Part shown: positions 41,108 to 50,108 of the stretch, in pieces | How positions within the stretch are numbered: position 1 is the stretch's first letter | How the letters are laid out: each line of letters begins with the position of its first letter | Source: a virus | Virus record (IMG/VR): IMGVR_UViG_3300044618_000993 | Coordinates: 2,940-66,939 of that record | Direction: 5' to 3' (one strand) | Length of the DNA: 64,000 nt | Notes under the pieces: generated by a model | The model's database searches: none | Told to the model about the DNA's origin: nothing | What the model saw: the letters and a program-made list of their open reading frames with translations, nothing else | Made by a program: the position numbers and the translations under genes

Positions 41108-41628
41108 ATCTTTGGTATTATAATTTCTCTTTCTTGTGGTTTGTTGTTGTTAAATTGTTTGTTTCTGTTAGCCCAAGTTTCTAATCTCATACTGATGGAC
41201 CAGGTTTTCTCAAGTTCAAATTTCATTTTAGTATTGCTTTGGTTAGGCTCTGACCAATATCGATAGAAGTCATTTAGCATATCCTTACCATACTTTTCAA
41301 CATATGGTTTTAAACTATCTGTGAATGTTTGCCTTCTCTGTTCAATCGTAACTCGCTGATTATCATTCTGATTTTGCTTGCTTTTGCTTTGTTTTGCTTT
41401 GATTTGCTTCGTGTTTTTAAGCCCATTCTCACGCATCTTGTCTGACTTTTCTTTGTCCTTTTGGAATGCATCTATAAACATAGTATGCAATATCTTTAAA
41501 CCATTTGGAGCAATTGTAGTGTCATTGATATGGTAGTCATATAAAGACCTAAATAGCTGGCCTAATTGCTCGTCGGTTAGGTCCTCTATATACTTATAGG
41601 TATCTAATTTAATTGAGAATTTTTTCAT
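41104..41628 (-). CDS. Putative replication initiator (lambda O-like organisation)
   Basis: LTDEQLGQLF N-terminus (DUF6291-like), low-complexity K/Q middle carrying iterons, FYRYW...TW C-terminal domain; upstream of dnaB. Confidence 0.7.
   Translation of the reverse strand: MKKFSIKLDTYKYIEDLTDEQLGQLFRSLYDYHINDTTIAPNGLKILHTMFIDAFQKDKEKSDKMRENGLKNTKQIKAKQSKSKQNQNDNQRVTIEQRRQTFTDSLKPYVEKYGKDMLNDFYRYWSEPNQSNTKMKFELEKTWSISMRLETWANRNKQFNNNKPQEREIIIPKI
41347..41410. repeat. Intragenic origin-like module: IHF-like box plus 4 x 10-bp TTTGCT iterons
   Basis: cgtaactcgctgattatcat, then attttgcttg/cttttgcttt/gttttgcttt/gatttgcttc. Confidence 0.7.
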
Positions 41629-41636
41629 AGGGGGTT

Positions 41637-41662
41637 AAAAAAGGGGTGGCACTTCACCCCTT
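41637..41662 (-). terminator. Hairpin/terminator just upstream of the initiator gene
   Basis: AAGGGGTG/CACCCCTT stem with a T-run on the - strand. Confidence 0.55.
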
Positions 41663-41710
41663 ATACCTTAAACTTTTTTTTATTATGAACCTTATAAGTG
41701 CCTAAGTGTT

Positions 41711-42001
41711 TTACTTTCTGAGCACATATGTGTACTCACTGCTGTTTGTTTCTGGACAAATTGTTTTGCCTATTCTCACAATCTTACCTTCTTGATTTAA
41801 GAGAGTAATTACACGCCTACAACTAACAATTAAATAGCCAGTCTCTTTTTGTACCATTGAGCCACTATACAATCGATCAGGATTTGCCTCAAACAACTGT
41901 AGGATTATTTTCCTTTGAGCCTTTGCTTTAGAAATACTTTCCTCCAGCTTTGGGTTAACTTCCTTAGTGGTATTAAAAAATGCTACTATCTTGGCAAACA
42001 T
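41711..42001 (-). CDS. Winged-helix protein
   Basis: IILQLF...SCRRVITLL..EGKI..IG wHTH-like pattern. Confidence 0.55.
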   Translation of the reverse strand: MFAKIVAFFNTTKEVNPKLEESISKAKAQRKIILQLFEANPDRLYSGSMVQKETGYLIVSCRRVITLLNQEGKIVRIGKTICPETNSSEYTYVLRK

Positions 42002-42002
42002 A

Positions 42003-42434
42003 TTACACCTCCTTGTATTCTGATGTCGGCATCAATACTTTGCCACCCATTGACTTGATAATCTGAACTGCTCTCTCAAAGTCCATAGCATTGGCTTTAG
42101 TGTTAGCCTTAGTCTTAGCCTCGATGGCCTCTCTTAACTGCTGTCTTACCTTGATCGATTCTTTGTCTACTCGGCTTGCAATCTCTCTGTCTTCTAAGGC
42201 AAAGAAGTCATTGCTATTAACTTTGTACACGCCTCTTGTAATCTTGGTTAAGAAGCCAGCGCTAGCCATGTAATAAAACACATTGTTGTTTACATTGTTT
42301 TGTTTCATGAACTTGCTAATCTCGGCTACTTCAAAGCCGTTAACTTTTAAGAAGTGGTCTCTAAGTAATTTGGTTAAGACTAATGCATCTCTGTAGGTCT
42401 TAGTGTTTTTTTGATAATCTGCTTTTGTTGTCAT
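42003..42434 (-). CDS. Hypothetical protein (wHTH-like)
   Basis: GFLTKITRGVYKV wing-like motif. Confidence 0.5.
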   Translation of the reverse strand: MTTKADYQKNTKTYRDALVLTKLLRDHFLKVNGFEVAEISKFMKQNNVNNNVFYYMASAGFLTKITRGVYKVNSNDFFALEDREIASRVDKESIKVRQQLREAIEAKTKANTKANAMDFERAVQIIKSMGGKVLMPTSEYKEV

Positions 42435-42570
42435 TGTTTAAATTGTTTATATAATTGGTTTGATTTTCTTGTCTAATGTAGTTCAACCACTTGGCGAACT
42501 CGATTGGATTGATACCTACTGCACTGCAATAGTCAATTGTTTTGGTCTGAAGTTGTGCTATGTTACTCAT
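42400..42570 (-). CDS. Small hypothetical protein, 56 aa (MSNIAQLQTKTIDYC...)
   Basis: Translated by hand; ATGA overlap with the ATPase stop. Confidence 0.45.
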   Translation of the reverse strand: MSNIAQLQTKTIDYCSAVGINPIEFAKWLNYIRQENQTNYINNLNNDNKSRLSKKH

Positions 42571-43796
42571 TGCATTATTTCGATTGTTAGTTTTTCGTTA
42601 CCTCTGTCAACTTGCTCCATTATAATCTGCCAGTCATACTTCTGAGCCATCTCTTGTATCTCCTTTAATCTCTTAGCCCCTAATGACTCGCCTCTTTGGA
42701 TAAATAGTATGCCCAAATTCGGATTCTCAGCCATTTTTAATTTGCAACCTAAGTGCATTATCTCTGATGACGATAGATTGTGGCTTGTAACTGGTATGCC
42801 ATTGTAGATTAAACTATCGGCATCAAAGGTCAACCCTTCCACCATAACATCACAATCTCTGATGGCATCCTCGATGGCTTGTTTGCTTGACTCAATGAAT
42901 GCAGTCAATTCACCGCTATCATTCTTTAGTGATTCAAGTATAGCCTTCTGCTTTAAAAAGTCATCCCTCTTATCGAACGCTGAATTAATTTCATATGCAC
43001 TATCCTTTTGTGCCATCAATGACGATACATCAACCTCAGTGTTTGTACTTAACCAATCATTAGCACTCTCATTCATCTTCTCCAGCTCTTTACGCTTGTC
43101 TTCCAACTCCTTAATCTGAGCGTTTAGAATCAGCACTTCATTTTGGCGTTGGGCTAATCTTTCCTTCACCGATAACACTTTCTTATTGTGCTCAAGTGCT
43201 GACTCAATTTGCTCAGTCAATTGCTTAGTGTCGATTGGGCGATCAGGCATATCAAATATCTTTTTGAATGGATGCTCTGCTAAATAACCCTCCAACATCT
43301 TAGCCTCTCTGTTCTTTTCGGTTCTCTCATCGTATGCTTTCTGTACTCTCGCTTCTTGGGATGCCATAAACTCTCTAATCTCTTGAGGCAAAAATGATTT
43401 GTAAATCTCTATTTGCTTTTTGCGACCACTCGTTGAGTCTGACAATTCAACGAACTCATCAATGTCGAAATCCATTGCACCCACTACATTAGCCAACACA
43501 CTCTTGCGTGTATCCTTAAACCCTTCAGGGCTTACTAATGTAATCTGTGGTTTGCCTTTCTTAAACTCGACATTGAATGTCCATTCTTTACCATCCTTAT
43601 CAACCACAACTTGACCCTCGCCAGATCTAACTTCAGGCAAGTCACTTGTCTTACCAAGTGCAAGTTCGATGAATTGAATAAAGGATGACTTACCTACTCC
43701 GTTGTCTCCCAGCAACAGAATATTGTTCCCATTGATTTCTTTCTCGAGATTTTTGATTACCTTGTAATCTCTAATCTTAACTTTTAAAACTTTCAT
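42567..43796 (-). CDS. SMC/Rad50-like coiled-coil ATPase
   Basis: Walker A GDNGVGKS, coiled-coil middle, degenerate signature LSSSE, C-terminal QIIME. Confidence 0.8.
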   Translation of the reverse strand: MKVLKVKIRDYKVIKNLEKEINGNNILLLGDNGVGKSSFIQFIELALGKTSDLPEVRSGEGQVVVDKDGKEWTFNVEFKKGKPQITLVSPEGFKDTRKSVLANVVGAMDFDIDEFVELSDSTSGRKKQIEIYKSFLPQEIREFMASQEARVQKAYDERTEKNREAKMLEGYLAEHPFKKIFDMPDRPIDTKQLTEQIESALEHNKKVLSVKERLAQRQNEVLILNAQIKELEDKRKELEKMNESANDWLSTNTEVDVSSLMAQKDSAYEINSAFDKRDDFLKQKAILESLKNDSGELTAFIESSKQAIEDAIRDCDVMVEGLTFDADSLIYNGIPVTSHNLSSSEIMHLGCKLKMAENPNLGILFIQRGESLGAKRLKEIQEMAQKYDWQIIMEQVDRGNEKLTIEIMQ

Positions 43797-43825
43797 TGTA
43801 TTATTGGCTTAAAATTCCCCTTATC

Positions 43826-44542
43826 TTAAAATGGCAGGCCATCATCTTCCAAATCCGTTGGCTCGAATATAGATGACTTTGATTCATTAACTATTTGAGT
43901 CGGAACATCATACTTAATTGGCTCTTCCTGTTTACCCATATAAGACTCAAAATATTCTTGTAATAATTTATCCATCTCAACTGCTTTATTATTTGCCTCC
44001 TCTGATGCATCCCTTAAGGTAAAAGCTGGAGTTGTGTATTCAACCTTACCCTTTTTGCCTTTGTCAAATGATGCTATCTCGATAGCCTTAGTCATAATAG
44101 AGCCTTTGTGGTTGCGTGAGAAATCAGACCACGCTTGTAGTGATGCACCTTTAAATTGTAGGCAACCCATAGCATAAGCCTTGCCTTCTTTGTACGCAAT
44201 GTACACATTCGATGTGAACTTGCCACCTTGAGACTTAACTGAGTCTTTAATGTCTTGATAAATTCCGTTGGCTAATACGCCACCTTTAAAAGCCTTGACA
44301 ACTAACTTGTCATTCTTAGTTGACTTTACCTCGTTAGAGTAGATACCACTTTCGCTTGGCTCATTGTAACCAGTGATGGTGGCCGTTTGATCAAGCACAA
44401 GGAATGTAAACGGCAATTTCAAATAGATGTGTTTCTTTTCTTCTTTGTCGTAATACTTGATTGTGCTTTTGTCTGAGTCCCATTCAAACCATCTGTTTGA
44501 AGGGTTCTTTAATTGGTCGTTGTTGTTGTTACTTCTTGACAT
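43826..44542 (-). CDS. Putative ssDNA-binding/annealing protein
   Basis: Beta-rich core, acidic C-terminal tail ending DDGLPF; next to the ATPase. Confidence 0.6.
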   Translation of the reverse strand: MSRSNNNNDQLKNPSNRWFEWDSDKSTIKYYDKEEKKHIYLKLPFTFLVLDQTATITGYNEPSESGIYSNEVKSTKNDKLVVKAFKGGVLANGIYQDIKDSVKSQGGKFTSNVYIAYKEGKAYAMGCLQFKGASLQAWSDFSRNHKGSIMTKAIEIASFDKGKKGKVEYTTPAFTLRDASEEANNKAVEMDKLLQEYFESYMGKQEEPIKYDVPTQIVNESKSSIFEPTDLEDDGLPF

Positions 44543-44544
44543 AA

Positions 44545-44739
44545 TTATATTTTATTATTAATTGGTTTAATATCCTCGTAGTATCTGACTATCTCTGAGT
44601 GGATGCCTCCTAAGCTGGTCTTGATGTGGTATTCGGTGACACGCTTTTTAATTACTATTTTATATATAGTGCCTTGCCCCCATCTATCAAGAACCTTAAA
44701 CGAACGCCACTCAACGATATCATTTACTTTATATATCAT
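44545..44739 (-). CDS. Hypothetical SH3-like small protein
   Basis: YKVNDIVEW...GTI beta-barrel pattern. Confidence 0.5.
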   Translation of the reverse strand: MIYKVNDIVEWRSFKVLDRWGQGTIYKIVIKKRVTEYHIKTSLGGIHSEIVRYYEDIKPINNKI

Positions 44740-44823
44740 CCTTTTTGTTTTCCTTATAGATTTCTATTACGCCTAATATTGTAAATAGGATAAACATAAT
44801 GCTATAAAAGATTTCTGAATTGC

Positions 44824-45039
44824 TCATATGATGGTTACTTTAGTTACTTTAGATAGTTCTGGCTTATCCTTTTTATAACTTGTGATCAGGACGCATTGCT
44901 CTGTAGTTACTTTTGTCTTGTGTGCCTTTGCGTATGCAGTTACTACCTGTGGTGCTATTTCGGTTAAGAATGAGTCGCCACTCTTTAACTGAGGCATTAG
45001 ACTCATCATGCTATTGGTATAAGATTTTACTTTGCTCAT
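44824..45039 (-). CDS. Hypothetical protein
   Basis: Start refined to MSKVKS; TATATTTG at 45070-45077 (- strand). Confidence 0.55.
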   Translation of the reverse strand: MSKVKSYTNSMMSLMPQLKSGDSFLTEIAPQVVTAYAKAHKTKVTTEQCVLITSYKKDKPELSKVTKVTII

Positions 45040-45103
45040 TGTATTTATTAATATCGTTGTGGTTGATTGCAAATATAACATTATTATATTACTATGCAAA
45101 TTT

Positions 45104-45334
45104 TTATTTTAAATCTGTAAGGTAATGGAATGAGTCAATAAAAAAGAATCCTTCAAATAATTCCCCATCTAATCCATAGCCTTTTCGTTCTTTATATGCT
45201 ATCTCAATTGCTTCGTATTGTTCATTATGGTTGACTACTATTTTGCTTTGGTTAATCCACATCACACATAGAGTATCGCCATTGGGCAATACTTTATGTG
45301 CATCAGTGTTGAAATTGCTTTTGCTCCAAATCAT
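45104..45334 (-). CDS. Hypothetical protein
   Basis: ATGA overlap within the early operon. Confidence 0.5.
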   Translation of the reverse strand: MIWSKSNFNTDAHKVLPNGDTLCVMWINQSKIVVNHNEQYEAIEIAYKERKGYGLDGELFEGFFFIDSFHYLTDLK

Positions 45335-45624
45335 ACATCTAAGGAAACTTGAATTGTGGCGTTGTCTCTATGGTAAAATAGTACGGGCAATTGATTCTTT
45401 TTGCATACCAGCTCTATGGCTCTCTGCCTGGCCCCCCATTTAATGTCGTCGTCATTGTCCCTCATATCATCAATAAGATATAAATCGGTGGTTGTAGTCT
45501 TATATTTTTTTACAACTCCCAGATCATTCTTAAGAGTGATATTTAAAGAGTAAACTCCTACTTTGATTTGCACATAGCGAACATTGGCTATGTATGTGTC
45601 GTGGCTATATTGTGTATTTGTCAT
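45331..45624 (-). CDS. Hypothetical protein
   Basis: Tightly packed ORF. Confidence 0.55.
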   Translation of the reverse strand: MTNTQYSHDTYIANVRYVQIKVGVYSLNITLKNDLGVVKKYKTTTTDLYLIDDMRDNDDDIKWGARQRAIELVCKKNQLPVLFYHRDNATIQVSLDV

Positions 45625-45625
45625 A

Positions 45626-46678
45626 TTATTTTTTCTTTTTTGATTTTAAAAATTTCTCTGCTCTAACATCAGCAAAGTTGTGAACCTTAATGGTTATATC
45701 ATTGAGTTCTTTAACCCTATCAATATCCTTGTCTTGAATAGCCTCTTCTACATCAGCGTATAATTCTCTGTTAATTGTATTGGTAATGTATAAAAGTTCA
45801 TCGAAGGTCATAGAGTTAACCATAGTTGTCAATTGGTTACGCCACTCCAAAGTCTCATCAACAATACTACGCTCCCAACTGGCTTCAAAGTCATCGAATG
45901 GATTAATTTCTGTGGCATCATCAAATAAGTTACCTTTAGAGTCTACATAACTATCTCTATCAGAATCCCACTCAACCTCATCGCCATTGTCATTTAACCA
46001 CATAGGCTCGCCTGTTTCTTCACAAACTTCGCCATTTTCAGAATAGGCTACGCCAGCAAACCAAACCCCAGTTTCAGAATAAGTCAACTTAAAGTTTAAC
46101 TTAGGGAACTTGGCAACTACATACTCAAGCCACGCAATTGGGGGTGACCAAGCAGAGTCAAAATAGGCAACGAACTCATTAGTATCGATGCTATAATTAT
46201 CTGATGTGCAATCCCATTTAGTGCCCCAATTATTGATATTCCAATCGTACCAATTGTCAGTGCCATACTTCTTAATCAAAGCCTTTCTGTCCTTTTCAGT
46301 TCCATTAGCACAAGCCACCAGATCGGGTATTGTGATAGGCTTTTGTGCCTCTTCCAATATATATAATAAAGAATCTATTTCATTCTTCGGAGCGGTTTGT
46401 AAATCGGCTTTAATCTTAGCAATCCTTTCAGATTGAGTATCAATCATTTTTTGAGCGTGGTTTACCTCATATTCATTGACCCATTTAGCGTCACGAGCTG
46501 GAGATATTGTTCGTGTTAATGGTTCAGGCGTTGGATAGTATGCGGACATTCTCCACACAACTTCAGTCTCATTTTCTTTGTAACGCATTGGCTCGGTTTT
46601 AAGTCCAATCTTTAGAAACTTTTTAAGTTCTTTGGCATCGCCAGAAACTTGTAATCGGTTGTTGCAATAGTTAGGCAT
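45626..46678 (-). CDS. DUF1281/YubB (Api92-like) ferredoxin-fold protein
   Basis: MPNYCNNRL start; WYDWNINNWGTKW; FDSAWSPP; YSETG. Confidence 0.8.
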   Translation of the reverse strand: MPNYCNNRLQVSGDAKELKKFLKIGLKTEPMRYKENETEVVWRMSAYYPTPEPLTRTISPARDAKWVNEYEVNHAQKMIDTQSERIAKIKADLQTAPKNEIDSLLYILEEAQKPITIPDLVACANGTEKDRKALIKKYGTDNWYDWNINNWGTKWDCTSDNYSIDTNEFVAYFDSAWSPPIAWLEYVVAKFPKLNFKLTYSETGVWFAGVAYSENGEVCEETGEPMWLNDNGDEVEWDSDRDSYVDSKGNLFDDATEINPFDDFEASWERSIVDETLEWRNQLTTMVNSMTFDELLYITNTINRELYADVEEAIQDKDIDRVKELNDITIKVHNFADVRAEKFLKSKKKK

Positions 46679-46702
46679 AATTGTATTTTTTGTTTAAGGG
46701 TT

Positions 46703-46930
46703 TTAAATTGAAATTTGTTCTAAATTAGGATACATAATAATGGTCTCATTTGGGTATGCCTTTTCTAAAGCAATACATAAATCATAGTTGTCATAGTCCT
46801 GGCCATTATCCTTAATTGGCTTTAATGTAGTTTTGATTTGGTTAAAGTCTAAACTTGTTAATAAGATAAAATTTTCTTCATTGAATGCTGAGGTTGAAAC
46901 CTCGATTAATGTTAACTGGTTTTGGTTCAT
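46703..46930 (-). CDS. Early hypothetical protein
   Basis: Preceded by the ACCCTTAA leader. Confidence 0.55.
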   Translation of the reverse strand: MNQNQLTLIEVSTSAFNEENFILLTSLDFNQIKTTLKPIKDNGQDYDNYDLCIALEKAYPNETIIMYPNLEQISI

Positions 46931-47123
46931 AATATTTTTTTTGTTTAAGGGTTAAATTTGTTCTACTGAAATAATGTGACAAGATATGCCTTCGTAGGTT
47001 TCAAAGCAATCTTGCAGTTCCCAGCAAGCATCGTTTTCGCTTTCTGCTTTGATTGGCTTAGATTTTTGAACCTCGTATTCGCCATCGTTGTTAAATCCGA
47101 ATGTAATAATGTAAGTATTCATA

Positions 47124-48008
47124 TTAGTTGTTGTTTGATTTGCAAAAGTTTATTAATTGAGTTTTAAGTTCGTTGTCGGTAACATAAGCGTAATCGCATA
47201 TAATTGTCCACTCTTCCGCTAAAGATTGATCGGGATTGTGGGTGATGGTATACTCATTGTTATCGTATTCAACATCCCAGCTCGTGATGGTTAAAACCTC
47301 TTTGTTTTGTAGTTTGAATGGAGTCGTATTATCTTGGTTTGAAATTTCGAGTTCATCGACATCGGTTAATTTACCATCCACGATTACATATTGAGAGTCC
47401 TCGAACTCTGTCCAATAAAAGCCATCGCTTGTATCCTTGTCATCGTCATAAGCCTCTTCTAAAGTCATACCCCACTCACGCTTAACAAATGCCTCAGCAT
47501 CGGCCTCGTATTTAAAGTAGTAATGGCCACCATTGACTACCCATCCCTCATCCATACCTTCGCCAGTTATAGAGCACTCTCGTCCAAAGGTTTGGCCTTC
47601 GTATACTTTAGTGCCATCCTTATAGATGCTTACATAATCTTCCGACTGCTCATTTTCTGTTGAGTCAGATACTTCAAAGCCACCATTCACATCAATTGTA
47701 GCCGAGATGTCCCAACTAATTACATATTCATCATCTGATAAATTATATTGCTTTTTGAACTCCTCTAAGATATCAATATATAATTGGTTTGGGAGTACAT
47801 CAATATCAAGAGGAACTCGCTTAGGCTCTTGACCTCTAAGGATTATTTTAGTGTTGCCATCGACTACATTGTTTTGCTCCAGCTCTGCCAGATCTATTTG
47901 CCCATTTTTAGCCATAGCCATATAAATGTCTTTAGCATCTTGGTAGTTGTCAGCATCGATGTCAACGATGGTTTGAGTTGTTTTGGTGATGATTGCTTGG
48001 TATTGCAT
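47124..48008 (-). CDS. Acidic early hypothetical protein (multi-module)
   Basis: 294 aa, D/E-rich; RECSITGEGMDEGW...FYWTEF module. Confidence 0.65.
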   Translation of the reverse strand: MQYQAIITKTTQTIVDIDADNYQDAKDIYMAMAKNGQIDLAELEQNNVVDGNTKIILRGQEPKRVPLDIDVLPNQLYIDILEEFKKQYNLSDDEYVISWDISATIDVNGGFEVSDSTENEQSEDYVSIYKDGTKVYEGQTFGRECSITGEGMDEGWVVNGGHYYFKYEADAEAFVKREWGMTLEEAYDDDKDTSDGFYWTEFEDSQYVIVDGKLTDVDELEISNQDNTTPFKLQNKEVLTITSWDVEYDNNEYTITHNPDQSLAEEWTIICDYAYVTDNELKTQLINFCKSNNN

Positions 48009-48012
48009 AATA

Positions 48013-48219
48013 TTAATTGTTTAAAAAGTTAAGGGTTGAGGTTAAGGTTTCAAAGTCGTCGTTGTCATATTGCTCATAGTGGTATGTGTCATCAAGCCAT
48101 TCGGCAAAATCGGTTTGCTCTTGACCAGTTAAAGTGCTATAGATTGACTTTGCTTTGTCTAATAGTTGATTCTCTAAAGCATCAACGATTTGAATAAATG
48201 ATGGGTTAACTTGTGTCAT
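48013..48219 (-). CDS. Early hypothetical protein
   Basis: Small acidic ORF in the array. Confidence 0.55.
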   Translation of the reverse strand: MTQVNPSFIQIVDALENQLLDKAKSIYSTLTGQEQTDFAEWLDDTYHYEQYDNDDFETLTSTLNFLNN

Positions 48220-48220
48220 A

Positions 48221-48463
48221 TTAGTGGGCTTTAATTTGTTTGTCTAAAGTGATTTCATCAATGGCTTCAGCAATGGCAGTATGAACGGCTTCAGATTGAC
48301 TGAAAACGACATCCAAGATATCGTATGCCTCACTATCTGAGCAGTCATATAAGCCCTGTATGTCATCGATTGACCATAGGTTATCTACATAGTAGCCTTC
48401 AGATTTAAGGAGTGCCTTAGCACTTTCGATTTGAGCGATTGAGTTGGTTATTGAATTATTCAT
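48221..48463 (-). CDS. Early hypothetical protein
   Basis: LWSIDDI...SDSEAYDIL motif. Confidence 0.6.
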   Translation of the reverse strand: MNNSITNSIAQIESAKALLKSEGYYVDNLWSIDDIQGLYDCSDSEAYDILDVVFSQSEAVHTAIAEAIDEITLDKQIKAH

Positions 48464-48506
48464 AGGGCAATATTAAATTATAAATTTGATATAAAAAAAT
48501 TTATTT

Positions 48507-48890
48507 TTAAAATTGTAATGACTTCGCCAGATCATCAAGTGTTTCTTGGTATTTAGCGTTAAACTCGGCTTCGCTTATTTTGTCATAATCTTCGCCAACT
48601 ATATAACAATATGTGCTAATTGCGTTGTTATATACATCCAGCTGAATGGTATTATTTTCGTTTATAATGGCATAATAGTTTGAGCCGTCCTTTGTGTACA
48701 TAGGATATTCGATTTCAATATTATCGAAAGCCACTCTGTAGTGATTGGTTATGCTTATAAGTTCTTTTACAAGGTCATAATCGCTCATCATTGCGTAGCG
48801 TTTTGCTTCATCAACTGAGTTAATGTCATAAGTAGATAATCCAAAGATTGCCTCTAAGATAAGTTGTCTTGTGTTGTGATTTGTGTTCAT
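48507..48890 (-). CDS. Early hypothetical protein; N-terminus paralogous to 48964-49128
   Basis: MNTNHNTRQLILEAIF...AKRYAMMS vs MNTKQTTREKLIDAIF...AKKYAKMS. Confidence 0.65.
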   Translation of the reverse strand: MNTNHNTRQLILEAIFGLSTYDINSVDEAKRYAMMSDYDLVKELISITNHYRVAFDNIEIEYPMYTKDGSNYYAIINENNTIQLDVYNNAISTYCYIVGEDYDKISEAEFNAKYQETLDDLAKSLQF

Positions 48891-48912
48891 ATTAATTTGA
48901 TGTTTAAATTTG

Positions 48913-48956
48913 AAAGCGTGGGTGGAATCGAACCACCCTTTATTCCAAAACGCTTT
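48913..48956 (-). ncRNA. tRNA-like mini-element (acceptor stem plus T-arm, no anticodon arm)
   Basis: - strand reads AAAGCGT-TTTGGAATAAA-GGGTGG-TTCGATT-CCACCC-ACGCTTT. Confidence 0.55.
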
Positions 48957-48963
48957 GAGTGGG

Positions 48964-49128
48964 TTAATTAGTCCTAAAGTATTCCGCTATGTCGATTAGT
49001 TCATCTATTAATTGTTCTTCGCTCATTTTAGCATACTTTTTAGCGTCACTTACTTTTGCAATTTCATCTGATGCAAAGTCAAAGATTGCATCAATTAATT
49101 TTTCTCGTGTGGTTTGCTTTGTGTTCAT
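48964..49128 (-). CDS. Early hypothetical protein
   Basis: Start refined to MNTKQ after the ACCCTTA leader. Confidence 0.6.
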   Translation of the reverse strand: MNTKQTTREKLIDAIFDFASDEIAKVSDAKKYAKMSEEQLIDELIDIAEYFRTN

Positions 49129-49150
49129 AATTGTATAAGGGTTTAAGGGG

Positions 49151-49348
49151 TTATGCATAACGGCAGTTTTCAATTGCGGTCAAGTAATAGTCATACCATT
49201 CATTGAATAGGTCTTGAGCCTCATCGGTATAGTATGTTATAGCATCGGTATCGTTCACATAGATTTGTGACAATGTAGGGTCTTGCTCAAGGCGTTGGTG
49301 AGCCAATTCTGAAGCAAGTTCGAGGGAGTTTATTGTGATTGTTTCCAT
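49151..49348 (-). CDS. Early hypothetical protein
   Basis: METITINS...YTDEAQDLFNEWYDYY. Confidence 0.6.
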   Translation of the reverse strand: METITINSLELASELAHQRLEQDPTLSQIYVNDTDAITYYTDEAQDLFNEWYDYYLTAIENCRYA

Positions 49349-49376
49349 AATTATTGTAGGATCTGGCAAAGGGGGT

Positions 49377-49565
49377 TTAAAAATTTTCGATTTCAAGTTG
49401 TCTTAACATACATTCAAGTGCTTCCTCTCTTGTGATAACCTCACCGAACTCGGCGAGGCTATCTTCATCGTTGTAAGTGCCGTTGTGGTCATTCCATTCA
49501 AGCCACGCAATCATATCTTCACGAGACCAGTTTTTAAGCGATTCTTTAGTTATTTCAGTTGTCAT
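49377..49565 (-). CDS. Early hypothetical protein
   Basis: WSREDMIAWLEWNDHNG.Y.DEDS. Confidence 0.6.
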   Translation of the reverse strand: MTTEITKESLKNWSREDMIAWLEWNDHNGTYNDEDSLAEFGEVITREEALECMLRQLEIENF

Positions 49566-49601
49566 AATATTTGGTATTTGGGGTTAAGGGTTAAGGATGG
49601 G

Positions 49602-50066
49602 TTAAAATAGTTTATCGTATTGTTTAGAGATTAGGTTTAAGGTAAAGCATTCATAGTTATCGAATGGGCAATAGCCGTCATTGGCATTCACTTGGTATTG
49701 GGCTATGTATTCGTCAAGGTCAATAGGTTGGGAGTCATCAAGGTTATAGGATTCATTGAGTGTATCCATAAAGTTACGAGCCAATAAATCAATGTTGTCA
49801 TTTGTAGCCGTCAAGACTTCCAATGCACCATTTACTTCATCCCAAGATGTCAAGACTCCGTCATCTAAAAGGACTAAAGCATCAAGGGTTTTACGCTCGT
49901 TAGGGGTTAAGTCTTGCAAAGACTCAATGTAATGGATATGCTTTTGGTCAGCAACCTTACGCCATCTATTGTACTCAAGGTCATTAGGGGCATCATTTAC
50001 TAAATTAAGGCAATATTCATAGGCACTATGCTTGAAAAAAAGTGTGATTAATTTATCGTAGTTCAT
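49602..50066 (-). CDS. Early hypothetical protein
   Basis: Acidic ORF with ACCCTTAA leader. Confidence 0.55.
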   Translation of the reverse strand: MNYDKLITLFFKHSAYEYCLNLVNDAPNDLEYNRWRKVADQKHIHYIESLQDLTPNERKTLDALVLLDDGVLTSWDEVNGALEVLTATNDNIDLLARNFMDTLNESYNLDDSQPIDLDEYIAQYQVNANDGYCPFDNYECFTLNLISKQYDKLF

Positions 50067-50108
50067 AATATTATAGGGGGGGATTAAGGGTTTAAAATGA
50101 GGGGTTAA

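Noticed and set aside
43455-43480. DFDID as a crAss-type RNA polymerase catalytic motif
   Set aside because: It lies in the 409-aa SMC-like ATPase with no double-psi barrel context
48913-48956. Functional tRNA gene
   Set aside because: Only 44 nt with no anticodon arm; reported as a tRNA-like element instead
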